Source: Phoronis australis (Eukaryota; Animalia; Phoronida). From it: a DNA stretch of 64,000 nt. Below, one piece after another: positions 1 to 12,233 of this stretch; within the stretch, counting starts at the first letter, position 1, and each line of letters opens with the position of its first letter. A model generated the notes under the pieces. It did not search any database. It saw only the letters and a list, made by a program, of their open reading frames with translations, and had not been told where the DNA came from. The DNA is taken from contig NMRA01000002.1 of assembly GCA_002633005.1 (NCBI GenBank), positions 2,996,228 through 3,060,227 of the forward strand. Reading direction: 5' to 3'. The position numbers were made by a program, and so were the translations under genes.

Positions 1-2048
1 TTCATCCAAGTTCTCAATGAGATTGAACTTAGAGACTAAACGGTAATTGACGAACCGCGCAGTGAGAGTATTCACAAAGTAAGGGCCATTTCCATTTTCA
101 AACAGATTAATTAACAAACAACTCTGAAGGCCGACAAAAGTGTCGAGATTCCAATGCCGGAAAGATGGCAAAACACGCGTTTTTTTAACTCAAGTTGGTT
201 TCTAAATATTCTCAGTTGTTTTACTATTAGCAGTGACATACTGTTTTTTTACTTAAAAACCATTGTCGTACAATCAGTCATGCGCACGAACGCTTCTTCA
301 GCCGGAATGACGTCTTTTTGAAGTTTTGGGTCCAATTTGAAAAATTAAAATGCCAAATTTAAAAACAATAAGAATTTTGCCGGATTTAGATAGCACTTCA
401 CTAAGCTGGGCCAGTCGAGGCTAATCTTAATTCTTCTCAATGGGAGCACTATGACACAAGTATGTAGTGTGCAACCCCCGGCCTTGTCAGTCGAGTTGTT
501 TGTGAATGAATCCACAAGTGCTAAATTTTCCCTGCGGTTACCTGAAGCGGAAAAATTACATCGACACCCGCAAAATTTTGGAAAATATGGTGTGACTGTG
601 ATTTAATATTCCTATTTTTGGGTTCAAACCCACGTCATAACATAGTGGCAGATACGTCATCAATGACTGGGCGAGTAATAACGTCACTAGAGTCATCAAT
701 GAGCTTAGTCTGAAGTTTCAGTAGGAATGATAGGCCTTCGTATCATCAATAGTTTCGACACATAAACTATCTAATCTTAGCGCAGTTTTTCTTGAGTTGT
801 AGAGTGCCAGAGAAGTATATAGTTAATTCAGTGAGGTCTGAAAAAGTAGGCATTACTTCTGAATACACTCAATCCCGGCCGGCGTTGTTCTCCGTCGCAG
901 GCAGTTTGCTCGTCAAATGTATTTAAAACTTAGCCGTAAGTGTTCCACTTTAGAATATGAAAAAAAATCTTACTTGTTTATTAGCGAAAAACGGCGATCT
1001 TTCACAATTTTGTGGAATCGGTACGATTTCTGTTTCATCGTCGATGAAAAGTGAAATTCGCGAACGCCAGCGGCACAGGCGGTTTCCACGGTTCTCACTA
1101 CACTAAAGCAAGTTGGCGTACATAAAACATAATAAAGAGAAATTGCAATTTTATCTAATGCTGCGCAAAAACTGCTTTTTATGAACTTAATTGTTCTTGA
1201 TGAACCGTACAACCCATGTTTTCGGCACTCATTTCTCCCAGGGTCTGACCTGTACTGTCCTCTTTAAGGGTATCCTTACTGAGGATCGCAATTAGCAAAG
1301 GCAATCGTGTGGAAGTAATTGTGCTGGGTCCGATTATGTGCCTGAGTATTTACATTTTAACTTTGATACTTTTTACTAAAAAATTGAGGAATAGTGATCT
1401 AGACATCAATAGTATGGGCTTTTAATGGTGAAAATTGACCAACACTTACTAAACATCGATCGCACATCTTTGATTAAATCTCAGGTCATTGGCTCTAGGC
1501 ACGAGAGCACTGATTTTACGACGTCGAGACACGGAACGGATTCGAATTGTTTGGCTAATTGAGGTCAACAATTCCGACAATAATTGTCAAAGGTAATTTT
1601 CTAAACTCCCCAAACACTCAATGAATGTTTGGAATGGACGAGGAATTCACGGTAGGCAAACGCGTTCGAGTTTTCAGGAATGTTACCTTTTCCTCGATTT
1701 TTTGCCAATTTACCATGGTCCATTTATTGTAAAAGGTATCGGGAACGTTAGTTTCTTGTCCACGATGTCTATGAAAAGAATCAAACAAAAACAACACTTA
1801 CTCAAATATTTTCTCATCCAGGTTATAATTGCACGTCTGATGAACACATGAACTCGAAAACGACACCATTTGGTCATTTTTTTAACACTATCTACGCTGC
1901 GATCCGATTTGTACGCCTATCTCAAATTCTCTCGATTTTCTAAAAAATTTCTATGGCAAATATTCATGCAATTGCTCTTCAATGACTTCAATGGGGCTAT
2001 TCGGAGAATTCTCCTCGCGGTGTCGCTGCTGTACTAGTGGTGATTGAA

Positions 2049-2060
2049 TTGCGCATGCGT
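2049..2060. promoter_or_regulatory. NRF1-like motif (TGCGCATGCG) ~40 bp upstream of the ATG at 2091
   Basis: ttgcgcatgcgt matches the NRF1 consensus and lies in a locally CpG-richer stretch directly upstream of a candidate first exon. Confidence 0.35.
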
Positions 2061-2090
2061 GGCTGTCTGCATGTAAACAAATGGTAAAAG

Positions 2091-3003
2091 ATGGAATTTT
2101 TATCAAAATACGTCGTCGCGCTAAGCCTTATTACTGCTAATTTCCCTGGTGCAAGTCTTCGACAGGTGGCCACAAATTCCCAAAAGACCTAAGGTTACTA
2201 TATTCGTGGACAATTGCGGTCAACAGGGTCAAGTAACTGACAAAAAGTGTGTGGATGCTGAAGCCCCGTGTGTGCTCTATGTCTATGACTATGCAGTTCC
2301 ATTCGGAGACTACACAACATTACTTGGTAAGTTTTTAGCAATCAGTTTCTATCAACATCGTTCGGTGATGTTATCCCCACCAGTTACCCCACTGAATAAC
2401 AGTTTTATTGAGTGGAACTAAGTGTTTCTTTTTGGAAACTCACCCGATGCCGGGTAGGCTAGCAGCACATATTCATATTGTCCTGGGTGGGAGTGCTCCC
2501 AAAATAAGAGGTGTATGGTACGTGATGCACAGAAGTCAAGAGTGACTTTTTCACAGCAGTTTCTCTTCAAAACTATGCTGTTTCCAATAAAATTCTCTAG
2601 ATGAGTGAGTTTCCTTATTTTATCGTGGACCCCACCCCCAGGACCACCAGCTCAGTTATCGAATTAACATGAATAAGCCTTAATTCAGTAAATGTCGTAA
2701 CATTGCATTGGAAAAAAATTGACACCTAGAATGAATTTTACTTGTTGAGATCAGAAGCACATTTTAAGTGTCATGAAAAATACACATTGTTAAATCACTT
2801 TTAGCCTGTTTCACATATTTTAATTCAGATATTAAATAAGACTTGGGTACAAAGGTTATTAGTTTCTACACATAAACATGAAGATGAAATGTCAAGTATG
2901 TTCTGCCTTACAAAAGTAGTTTTGTCTTGTCTTTTCTTTTACAATTTGCTAATATTTCTATTCTGTTACAGGCAAGAAAAAACAACTGAAACCAACCGCC
3001 TGA
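2091..3003 (+). pseudogene. Two-exon small secreted or membrane-anchored protein gene with a 1-bp frameshift (exons 2091-2326 and 2972-3003)
   Basis: Removing one A at 2123/2124 gives MEFLSKYVVALALLLLISLVQVFDRWPQIPKRPKVTIFVDNCGQQGQVTDKKCVDAEAPCVLYVYDYAVPFGDYTTLL. Donor G|GTAAGT is at 2326/2327. A branch-like TGCTAAT, a pyrimidine tract and CAG end at 2971. Exon 2 adds GKKKQLKPTA* (TGA at 3001-3003). Confidence 0.5.
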
Positions 3004-3374
3004 CCATCTATTTCACCGTTGGACAAAGTGAAAAGCAATCCTTCAGCAATAACCTGAGAGAATTGAACGTAATTCAGAAATTCAGCACCTGATATGTCTG
3101 ATTATGGACTGCCTCGCAATGTTGTTTCTTTCTGTGCTTTTTCAGTTTGCCATTTGTTTTTAAATACACTGATAATTGTTTATTCTCGAATCTTGTGCAT
3201 AGCAGATTCTTATCCAGCTAGCTACAATTGAAAACATACAATAAGACAATCGATGCAGTCACTGAATGTCATTTCCCCATAATCTGTACCAAATTGAAAA
3301 GTTTTTACCAATAGTATAAAGCCTTTCTTCTGAAAGGAAAATTTAATGTCACTCAGCTTTTGGCTTTCATTTCA

Positions 3375-5410
3375 CTGGGTTCTAGTTTCAATGGCCTATA
3401 GAAGCGCTTGTAAAAAAGGTCCAGTTTCAACACGTGGCTTTCTTTCATGTAACCTCATTCAGCCTCAATAACATCCACAATTAGACCCTTGAAGGTAAAC
3501 ACAGCAGCATATCACTTGAATCGTTTTGAGCCCAAAATCAGACTCTGAACTAGACCAGAGTGTGACTAGGTCTTCTTTAGCTTCAGTCCCTCATGTTTCT
3601 TCCAGGAAAGGAAATAAGCTATTGTCCACACATGACTCATTGCCTATGAAAGGGCATCCTCACCAACAAGGCTTATTTGTGTAGCAGTCAGATATAGTTC
3701 GTCTGGATACACAGACACTCCACTGGCACATTGTCTTATGGTAACTTAGTACTGCGATTCACATTTCTCCAGGGCCACTGACTTGCACATTGTGCCATGC
3801 AGCACTGCTGGTGTGTGGAAGTGCTGTGGGAAGAGAACGGAGTAACAAAGCTTGTCTATGATACAGCTTGAAGTGGCCTTAAAATGTCACTGAACCTGGA
3901 ACAAATATTGAAATATGAATAATTAAGTACTCCAGATTGGATCAAAAATGTTATCCCTGTTTTTCAAAAATATATGGTGATTGGTCTACAGTTTCACATA
4001 AAAGTAAATAATTACTATTTTCAGAAACCAAGGGTGTATATAATGAGTATTGCATAAAACTGTGTCTTTATTTTTTATCCCTAGCCATAACAATTCTTTA
4101 AACGCATCACTTGTCTGTAAAATATACAAGTTTTTTGAGACAACTTCAAACCTTTGTTACCCATTTTCAAGCCTTTTTAATTTTGATACTTTCAGCAATT
4201 TTAAACTCAGATTACAGGTTCATGGGTCTGTCAAGCATACTTCTAGCCTAAGGTTGAGGGAACCGTTTTTCTTCTAATAGAAGATATGAAGACTTGGGTC
4301 ATTTAAAAATGATGGATAATCTTTCTGTTGTTTAAGAGTAATTACAAATCGTAAGGCACCATCAAAAATGCAATTTTCACAAAAATGGCAGTCATTTGAA
4401 TTTATAACGACTTGCAACATTTCAAGGCATGAGTTAAGACTATTCAGTCACTGTGAATTCGGAAAATGTAATATATTTTCGTGGTTTTACAATTGATACA
4501 AGTAGCAAAACAGTTTCATGAAATCAACTTGAAGGGACTTCGTGAAGGTTAAGAATTACCTCACCATGCTCTTTTCCCCAAACATGTATTACCTGTTATT
4601 TCCACACATTCAGTTGTACCAAATATTACAACCCCCCATGCCAATCCCCCCTCAGGACCTGAATAAGTAATTTAACAAAATGACTTTAAAAATAGCTGTT
4701 CCTTTTCAAAGGCTTTGTTCGTTGTCTCCAATATTGAAAGTAGGCTTTGACAACAGATCTGCACTGGATGGGAAGATCTTGTTGGTTAGCTGCAGTCAAA
4801 TGCTAAAAACCAATTTTTGTCCATTCAGGGACGGTGCAGAAGCGATGCATATCTCCTCTGCACGGTACAAGCCTTCAAACCTAAAAACCAAAGGTTACGT
4901 GAAAACTGACGTGATAGATTTCCATTTCAACGTGTAATAGATTTCCAGAAGACATATGATAGGGAGTAAACAAATAGTCTAATGCAATGGATATTTATCA
5001 CTCACGTACCCTTTGCCATTGGGATTGGATTGTAATCTTAACTCATTAACCTGTATCGAGTTGACAGCATAAACATTCAGCATTGATTGATGTAACTGTC
5101 ACTGATAAACTTTTAGAAATCATTCCAAACAATAATAATGCTTTGATGTACGAAAAGATCCCGATTGCTACGTCAAGTATCGTATCACATATCACAACAT
5201 ACAAAGATTAACCAGACTCTGGCTGGCGACTGACTGCCGCGAAGTCGACATCGGCGAGTGCCTCAGTTAACAGGCATCGGTAGAATAATCATGGAATAAT
5301 CGTTAAAATAATCACAAACCTTACCTTTGTATGAGGTCGTGCTTACTTCCTCTCATAGAAGCACCCTTTTTACGCAATCTCAGATTCAGTTGGCACGGCT
5401 GCAAGCCATT
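3375..5410 (-). pseudogene. Decayed spliced SAP-domain + YqaJ/lambda-exonuclease-like gene (DNA-transposon accessory ORF)
   Basis: SAP-like LQPCQLNLRLRKKGASMRGSKHDLIQR ends at AG|GTAAG (~5325). The exon after the acceptor at ~3896 gives FHTPAVLHGTMCKSVALEKCESQY*VTIRQCASGVSVYPDELYLTATQISLVGED (cf. AMxHGxxxE...SGLxVxPxxPxLGASPDGLV). It continues LKKT*SHSGLVQSLILGSKRFK*YAAVFTFKGLIVDVIEAE*GYMKESHVLKLDLFYKRF (cf. the YqaJ C-terminal QVQGQM...FVVYT...KLxxFY). Multiple stops. Confidence 0.7.
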
Positions 5411-7372
5411 TCACCATGTATTTAAAGGGCTCGCGAAATCGAGGCTGTTAATCTATCACCACTAGTACACTCACGCCCTCTAGTTACTGCAGATTTACCG
5501 AATAGCCCCATTGTACGACGAATTTCTTTTTTGAATAACCTAAGCGAGATACGAAAATAGAAGCAAGGAGTTGTACCGACGTGAACTGAAACTTGCGAGC
5601 TCCAGTGACGTAGTGAACAGTGGACATGGTGATCATCGACAACCCTCGTACTTCATCTGTAGTTCGACACAAGTTAACGCCAGTAAAGGTGAAGCATGCT
5701 TTTATGTCCATTTGGTTAGAATGGACCTGCTGACTTCATCCTTGACAGAACATTGGAACACTGACCAGGCTGGGGCTGGAAGTGCGAGTCTATACTAGAC
5801 TTCAGCGCCATCTATACGTCAACCACATAAGGGGGAGCGTGTGTGAGAATTGCGAAGTCAACATTACAAGTCATTACTTCACCATTCTATGACAAAAAGA
5901 AAATAACTGATCCGATTCTGTGGACAAAGAGTCCTCTTTCTAATGGCATGAAACCTTTTTCTTCTAAGAGAAGCATTAATTCTGCAATTACTTTCGGAAT
6001 ATAACCAAAAAGCTATTAATTAACCACTTGACCCTAGTTGGTACACAGCCTCTCCTTAATAATAATTATGTTATTACTAAAAGCCATGCAAGACAACTGG
6101 CACCTTTAAAATGTGTATTAAATGAAAACTACAGAATACACACAGACAAGAAAAGGATCTGCTAAAATTATTAATTTTATTAAAAATAAAACCAACACCA
6201 GTAAGCACTTGAAAAATTCTAGACAAAGATGAAGTTCAGTTTTAAATTGGTTAGAGCTTCAAATAGCCTAGAAAGTTACAACTGGCTGACTAAACACAAG
6301 GTTATGACAAGCAATAGTGACGCCACTCGGTCACCATTCTACAAATTGTACAACAATTATTAAAACCAATGACAAACTGAATGAAGTTTTGAATGTTAAA
6401 AAAACAAAATACAAGAACAGCACAAATTCATGCTGAAATAACACAAAACGTCACAGGAAATGCTGGGCATGATGATTCTAGACAAATTCATACAATCATT
6501 TTGCTATTTGTTTGCATTTTAAACAGTTTCTCAGCCACTTTCATACACAAAACTTCAGGACCTTGTCTAGTCTATCGAGTTTGCATAATTTTATGCAAAC
6601 ACTCCATAAGCTATCACGAATATTCAGACTATGGCACCTTAAAACATCCTCAAAAAGGTCAGTTCGACTATCTTTAATTTCACAAAATAATAATTGCCAA
6701 AATATCCCATCTTTCAAAGGCTCAGGACATTGTTCAAATATTAACACAGTTCTGTTTCATGACAGCGCTTCAACTCATGATGATGAAAAAGTTGTATTAT
6801 TCTCAATGTTTTTTGATGAGAAATTTGACAAAATTAAATTCGACACGCCTGCCATCCTGTGCTCAAAACATAAGAGTGTTTACCATCCTCTGATCATTCT
6901 GAAATACAACATGGCCAATATCAAATGCTAACTACTGAGAGGACTAAAAACGAATGTTTCACTGCATACCTTTTGGTGTAGACCGACGTCCTTCAATTCT
7001 ATCCAGAAATGTATGCAAATAATTCAAGGCCAAGAAGAATCATGCCCATTTTACAAAGCCCTTTAATAACCTGTGACTATGTCTATTTTGTTATTGACCT
7101 AAAAGACCAGAAACCCATTTTTCCTAAGACAAATACACAAAACAGTAAATTTCCAAGACAGGCAAAACCAATGCAAATAAGCGGACACAGGCCACTTGTA
7201 CTTCCGTTTTAACAACATTCGATTGTTTAGTATGATACAATTTTGATGTTTTGGAACCAGTAAAATAAAATTGAAATGTCAAAATTAAAAACAATCGCGT
7301 TAATTAGGGCAGATTCATGTAGTGCTGTAAATTACTAAGCATTATGAAAATTATTATCTAGCTATGGACCAG

Positions 7373-8716
7373 GGCCCGGTCTCCAATCTCCGTACTCAGA
7401 TTCGAATCATGCTCAAACTCACACTTCATACTCAACTCGAGTACAGACTCAGCTTTGGTGTATTCAATGTCATACTCGAAAAATCTGTACTCGAAATTTC
7501 GAGCACGTACTCAGCTTTCGAGTGTACTCTAACTGAAGTGTATCTCATCCATATTTCGAGTACGATTTTGAGTAAAAATTCGGAGTCCATGCTCTAATTT
7601 CAAGTTTGGTATGGCAGTGTGCTTGAAATCGTACTCGAAAATAAATACGAGCCAGAGAACAAAATATCGAAAGGGAACCAAGAAACGCAGCAAATCTAAA
7701 AAAATAAGTCCTCTTACCGTATCTCAGCACTTCAATTTCAGTTCAGAGATAATAGTTTTCATCTTAAATCTTCTTATTCTTCACCTTATTAACCCGCCGT
7801 ATCACTGTATGTTATGGCCGCCATTCTACCTCTACAATTCCTGGCAACAGGCGCATTGTAATCCCTTGTCGGCGAGTCATAACAAGCGTCGAAAGCAGTT
7901 GTGGGAAAAGTCGTGTGAGAAGTTTGTGCTGCCCTTATTTCGGTATGTGTGCCTACGTTTTGTAGGGTTTCCAAAAGACGAGGTACATTTCTCATCATAA
8001 CTTAGTCATCTATAATTCCTCAATCCACAAACGGAATTCCAGATTTTGTTTGCCGATTTCTAAGTAGACGTCTCGTCCCGTTCACTGCCACTGGTGAACT
8101 CTGAATGCCTGCACAAGTATTGTTTTTTAACTCACGTGCCAAATGTCAACTCACTTGATACATCCCAGTAAAATACAAAGATACAGTATCAAAGTTTGAC
8201 ATCAGCGTAGGCCTACACAGCAATGGGTTTATGTCAAGACTGAATTAGCAACAGAGACGTAATGTGATAAGCTGTTACATATTTCTTAAGACATTTTCGG
8301 GACTGGGTGAGGAACTCAAGAAGTAAAGCTTAATAATTGCCAAGTGTATCAAAGAAATGGCATAAGAAGATTTATTGCAACTAAAAAATGAATAACAGTT
8401 ACAGAACACTCAAAATTCCACGTTATAGACATACTCTTGTAGCTGTAGCGACAGCAGACGATAATGAAGGCCTAGTTCTTGGGGTGGTCTATTCCAATAG
8501 GGAGCGATGAATCAGCGCGGCTTTGCGTGATTTTGCATTTCACATCATAAAGAGTTCCATAGCAACTCGAGTATGAGTGTCAGATTTGAGTACGTTTGGA
8601 GTCTACTCGAAATCCGACATTAGATACGCTTTTTTGAGTACTCCAGTGAGCACGATTTTGAGTATGAAATCTCGAGTATGAGTATGAGTCTGAGTACGGA
8701 GATTGGAGACCGGGCC
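7373..8716. mobile_element. Non-autonomous PIF/Harbinger DNA transposon (1344 bp)
   Basis: TIRs GGCCCGGTCTCCAATCTCCGTACTCAGA / TCTGAGTACGGAGATTGGAGACCGGGCC. The 3-bp TSD CAG is at 7370-7372 and 8717-8719. Subterminal arrays of ACTC/GAGT motifs; no intact ORF. Confidence 0.9.
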
Positions 8717-9409
8717 CAGGTCAATCTTAATCCTTCTCAACTTCCATGAGCAAAAACAATGGCTCCAACTGTTGTTGGACCACACCATGGTTACTTCAAT
8801 CAGAAGAAATTCAAGACCTGCAAAATTTTTGTAAATGTTCTAATTGAGTTACAATAGTAGCAGATACGTTTTCACTAATCTTCCACACATACAACCAATA
8901 TCATCTAACTACAGTCATGTTGAAGGCTGGCCCACTGGCACATACTGAGCTGACAGTGGAATAGGAATGTTACTGGAAGACACTACTATACAACTACATT
9001 CATATAGATACACTAAAAATTCTCCAGTTTGGAACGTTGAAAAAATAACTTTTTTACTCAAGGTCGTAGACTACCAAACTTTAGAAATAGGTGATAATGG
9101 CTGCCCTACATTCAAGAATTAATGAAGGACAAACAATCGTTCACTTTGATGTTAAAGACGGGGATGTATGAAAATGTTGCATCGGTAGCTACTTTTAACA
9201 ATTTTAAGAAGCGAGAAGTCTATGATCAGACTCCGCTGATGCAAAACTGCGCAACTGAGAAATATGATGAGCCCCAAAACAAGTCATGTCCCAATCATGA
9301 GATCGAGAAAATTCAATGTCGGCTTGAATTCTGGTGTTCCAACATTCAGAGAATTTTCCAAACTGCAGAAATTTTACTGTACTTTGCAACCATCGAAATT
9401 TAGGAAGTC

Positions 9410-9835
9410 TTAACACAGGTGCATCTCAACAAAGTTTTCCCGGTTCTTAAACAGCGGGCCCCACACAAGCTCCTCTTTGTTCCTCGGTAGGTGCTCATGT
9501 CCGCTAGGATGGCCAGGACTTGTTGTCTGTTCTCTCGATTCCAGTTCCACCATTGTTCTCACGTCATGCGTAACGGGACATGGCGTGGCTTCTGCCGGCT
9601 TCTCACCATTTGCTGAGGCACGGCTCCCTTTATTATTACCAGAGCGCCTGAGAAGAAGATAGTCAGGTAAAGAGGCACTCTCAAGAACTAAACAATTGTT
9701 GGATATACATTTTCCTCACACTTTTTTGGCTACAAATGGAGGTGTAGGTTTTCTGGTTTCATTGGTTGTTCTACAGGAAAACCGGTGTCCCAAAATCCAT
9801 GGCACATATCTCTCAGAGCTGAGGCCTTGCACCAC
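9410..9835 (-). CDS. Possible last two exons (9835-9720, 9647-9410) of an unidentified gene
   Basis: Acceptor TTCTAG at 9836 and donor GTGAGG at 9719. The 72-nt intron has a CTGAC branch site and CTTCTTCTCAG. Phases are compatible, giving VVQGLSSERYVPWILGHRF...AKKVRSGNNKGSRASANGEKPAE...WGPLFKNRENFVEMHLC*. No recognisable domain. Confidence 0.3.
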
Positions 9836-9845
9836 CTAGAACTAA

Positions 9846-9868
9846 GTGAGTGAGTGAGTGAGTGAGTA
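9846..9868. repeat. (GTGA)n microsatellite
   Basis: About 5-6 tandem GTGA units. Confidence 0.8.
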
Positions 9869-10515
9869 AATAAATAAGTTCTTGCACTGAAGATGACTGG
9901 GCAAACACAGAATAACAGTCTCAGGATCATCCTACACTGAAGTGGGTGTGGGAAAAGGTACCTGGAATTACCTCATTTAGAAGTTTAGAACTGAATTGGT
10001 GCCCCACCAGCTTGCCAAAATCTGCTAATTTCAGTTCACTTAAAAGAGCATTTCCTGTCCACTGAGTATTTAAACTTGAAACCAAGAAATTTTGCTAATT
10101 AGACCAATCAAACTGCACTTTTAATAGTTAAAACAATTCATGCTACACGTATGATAGCACTGGTTTAAACATTCAGATGGAAAATAACCTGGGATGGCAT
10201 TTAAATTTGAAACCCTTTAAAATTGGAAGCGCAGGCTAATCCTATGCTTTTCTATGCTAAATGTTGATGGGAAATTTCAAGACAGAATTTGTGCCAGCTT
10301 GGACTATAAAACACTTTCAGTGGGTTTGTTGTCAAAGGTACGGGTAAACAACAATCAACTTCAGATGAAAATACTTAATGCCAAATTTGTTTTTCCTAGC
10401 CTTCAATACAAAGGCTTTTAACATCGTGAATGTCCGCAATGTCAAAAAACATTGATGGCCAACAGGCATAGCTTGGAATTTAAAAATAATGAATAAGAAT
10501 TATTAGACTTCTGCA

Positions 10516-10622
10516 ATATGTTGGTCACATCACGTGACCTATAGCTAAGTCTAAAAAGATCTCTGTCTCAACCGAGGATCTTCTAAGACTTAACTATAGA
10601 TCACATGATATGACCAACATAT
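10516..10622. repeat. ~107-bp near-perfect palindrome (hairpin MITE relic)
   Basis: atatgttggtcacatcacgtgacctatagctaagtctaaaaagatc is the imperfect reverse complement of gatcttctaagacttaactatagatcacatgatatgaccaacatat, with a ~15-nt loop. Confidence 0.85.
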
Positions 10623-11906
10623 GGCGTGAAAGAAGATTAAGAAATGTCATTTATAACATGTATTAAAATAATGAAGCACTTGGTCAAAAACAGCATAATT
10701 GGTTTTGGACTGTTTTTTTTTGATAATTGATGCAGTGATGCAGTTGAATAAACAGACGCCGGTTGAAATGTCTCAGGATCCTTTTATTCAGCAGCGCCAC
10801 CTGATGCCACATGATGGCGTTTTCCCGTTTCAGTGACTTTACCAGACCTAGAGGGTTGTGAGTGTGTGATATCTAGCTTCTTCGTTAACTGCCAAGCACA
10901 CTCTTTTGTCTGTTATGACAACAAGCAGGCCACTTATCTACCAGGCTTATTGCAGACCAAGTGTGAATACAGTCAAACCCAGAGCAAATTGGTATGTTTG
11001 GAAAGAATAGATTGTCATAACTTTGGTTGTAGTAGGGCGATTTTGGCAATTCAAAAAACTAAACATGATCACCATTTGACGATATCAGAAATGCTATTGG
11101 TTTATGTTCAAATATGTTATTACTTAACTTTTATTTTTAACAGCACAGCCCAGTCAGGCTAGATACGATCTTATTGGAGATTAGAGCAATTATCGAACAA
11201 AAGAGAGCTGGCCCTCCAACCATAAATGCCAGAATGGAGTTAATCAGTGGTGTAAGATATTGGCTACAGGGGTCATCTTCCCAACTTGTTGTTGAGCTAT
11301 AGAATCGAACAAGTTGGGAGCAACAGGAAAACGCCCTAATGACCTATGAGACACAGGTTTTGAAATGAGTTGGGCACAGACCAAAACATCATACAATTTC
11401 TCAACCTAATATACATTGATTAGTTCTAGATACTACCTGGAATTTTGTTCAGGAACCTTCATTTTCTCTGTGCTTTGTCAACTTGCTAACGTCCTTGCTA
11501 ACGATGAACACTGCGATGTGCGAGGTAAAGATAATTCGCATTGGAGCTGCCTAAAACCATATACCCGATACATTACAGAACTAAACAATGATCAAAATTA
11601 TCCAATTAGAGATAGTCCCAAGAATTTGTGACATGGAAAATGCTGCAAATATTGTGTTATCTTTATTCTAGAAATTGGGACAAGGACGATTTTGACAGTC
11701 ATCGCGTTTCTCAAATTCAGGACAAAATAATTAATTTTTCACTGTCCTAAATTGGAGAATATTTACCATACCAACGTTACCCAACTCTGGGAACACCACA
11801 ATCTTACATGCGACAATTCTTCATGAAATTTCCAGAATAAAATTGTCATTTTAAAAGATCTTTGCCCATTAAGTACATGGCATCACAAAGGACTGACAAA
11901 ATGAGC

Positions 11907-12233
11907 AGGGCTTAACATGAGCTACAGGTCATTTCTGCAACCTGAAAGTTGGAAATGCAAGGTGAGATTTTGTTGCACACGTGCGACTTGAGCATTCTAA
12001 CACCAGCGAGCAGAGTCACGTCGCACGAAAATGCCTCAACACTATTTTTCTAGTCAAATTGGGAAAATATGGGCGCCACAACACAGAATATCGCCCCGAC
12101 AGCGTTTTTAGTTGCCTGGGTTTTGTGGCCTGGGATCTGTGCATGCGAACTGTATTTTGGACTTAAAAATTGAGATTTTGGTCAGGTCACAAAAGATGAA
12201 ATGGGCTGGCAATTTTCATACTGTCAAGGGCTA
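11907..12233. mobile_element. Degenerate hAT-like MITE
   Basis: Imperfect TIRs CAGGGCTTAACA / TGTCAAGGGCTA and internal gtgcgac/gtcgcac motifs. No clear TSD. Confidence 0.3.

Noticed and set aside
1687-1870. Minus-strand exons joined by a 33-nt GT-AG micro-intron (1769-1801)
   Set aside because: The frame is open after splicing, but the intron is very short, there is no recognisable domain, and downstream exons could not be linked.
2185-2230. FVDNCGQQ as a transposase DNCxGQNKN motif
   Set aside because: It lacks NKN and the surrounding context; the signal-peptide gene model explains the region better.
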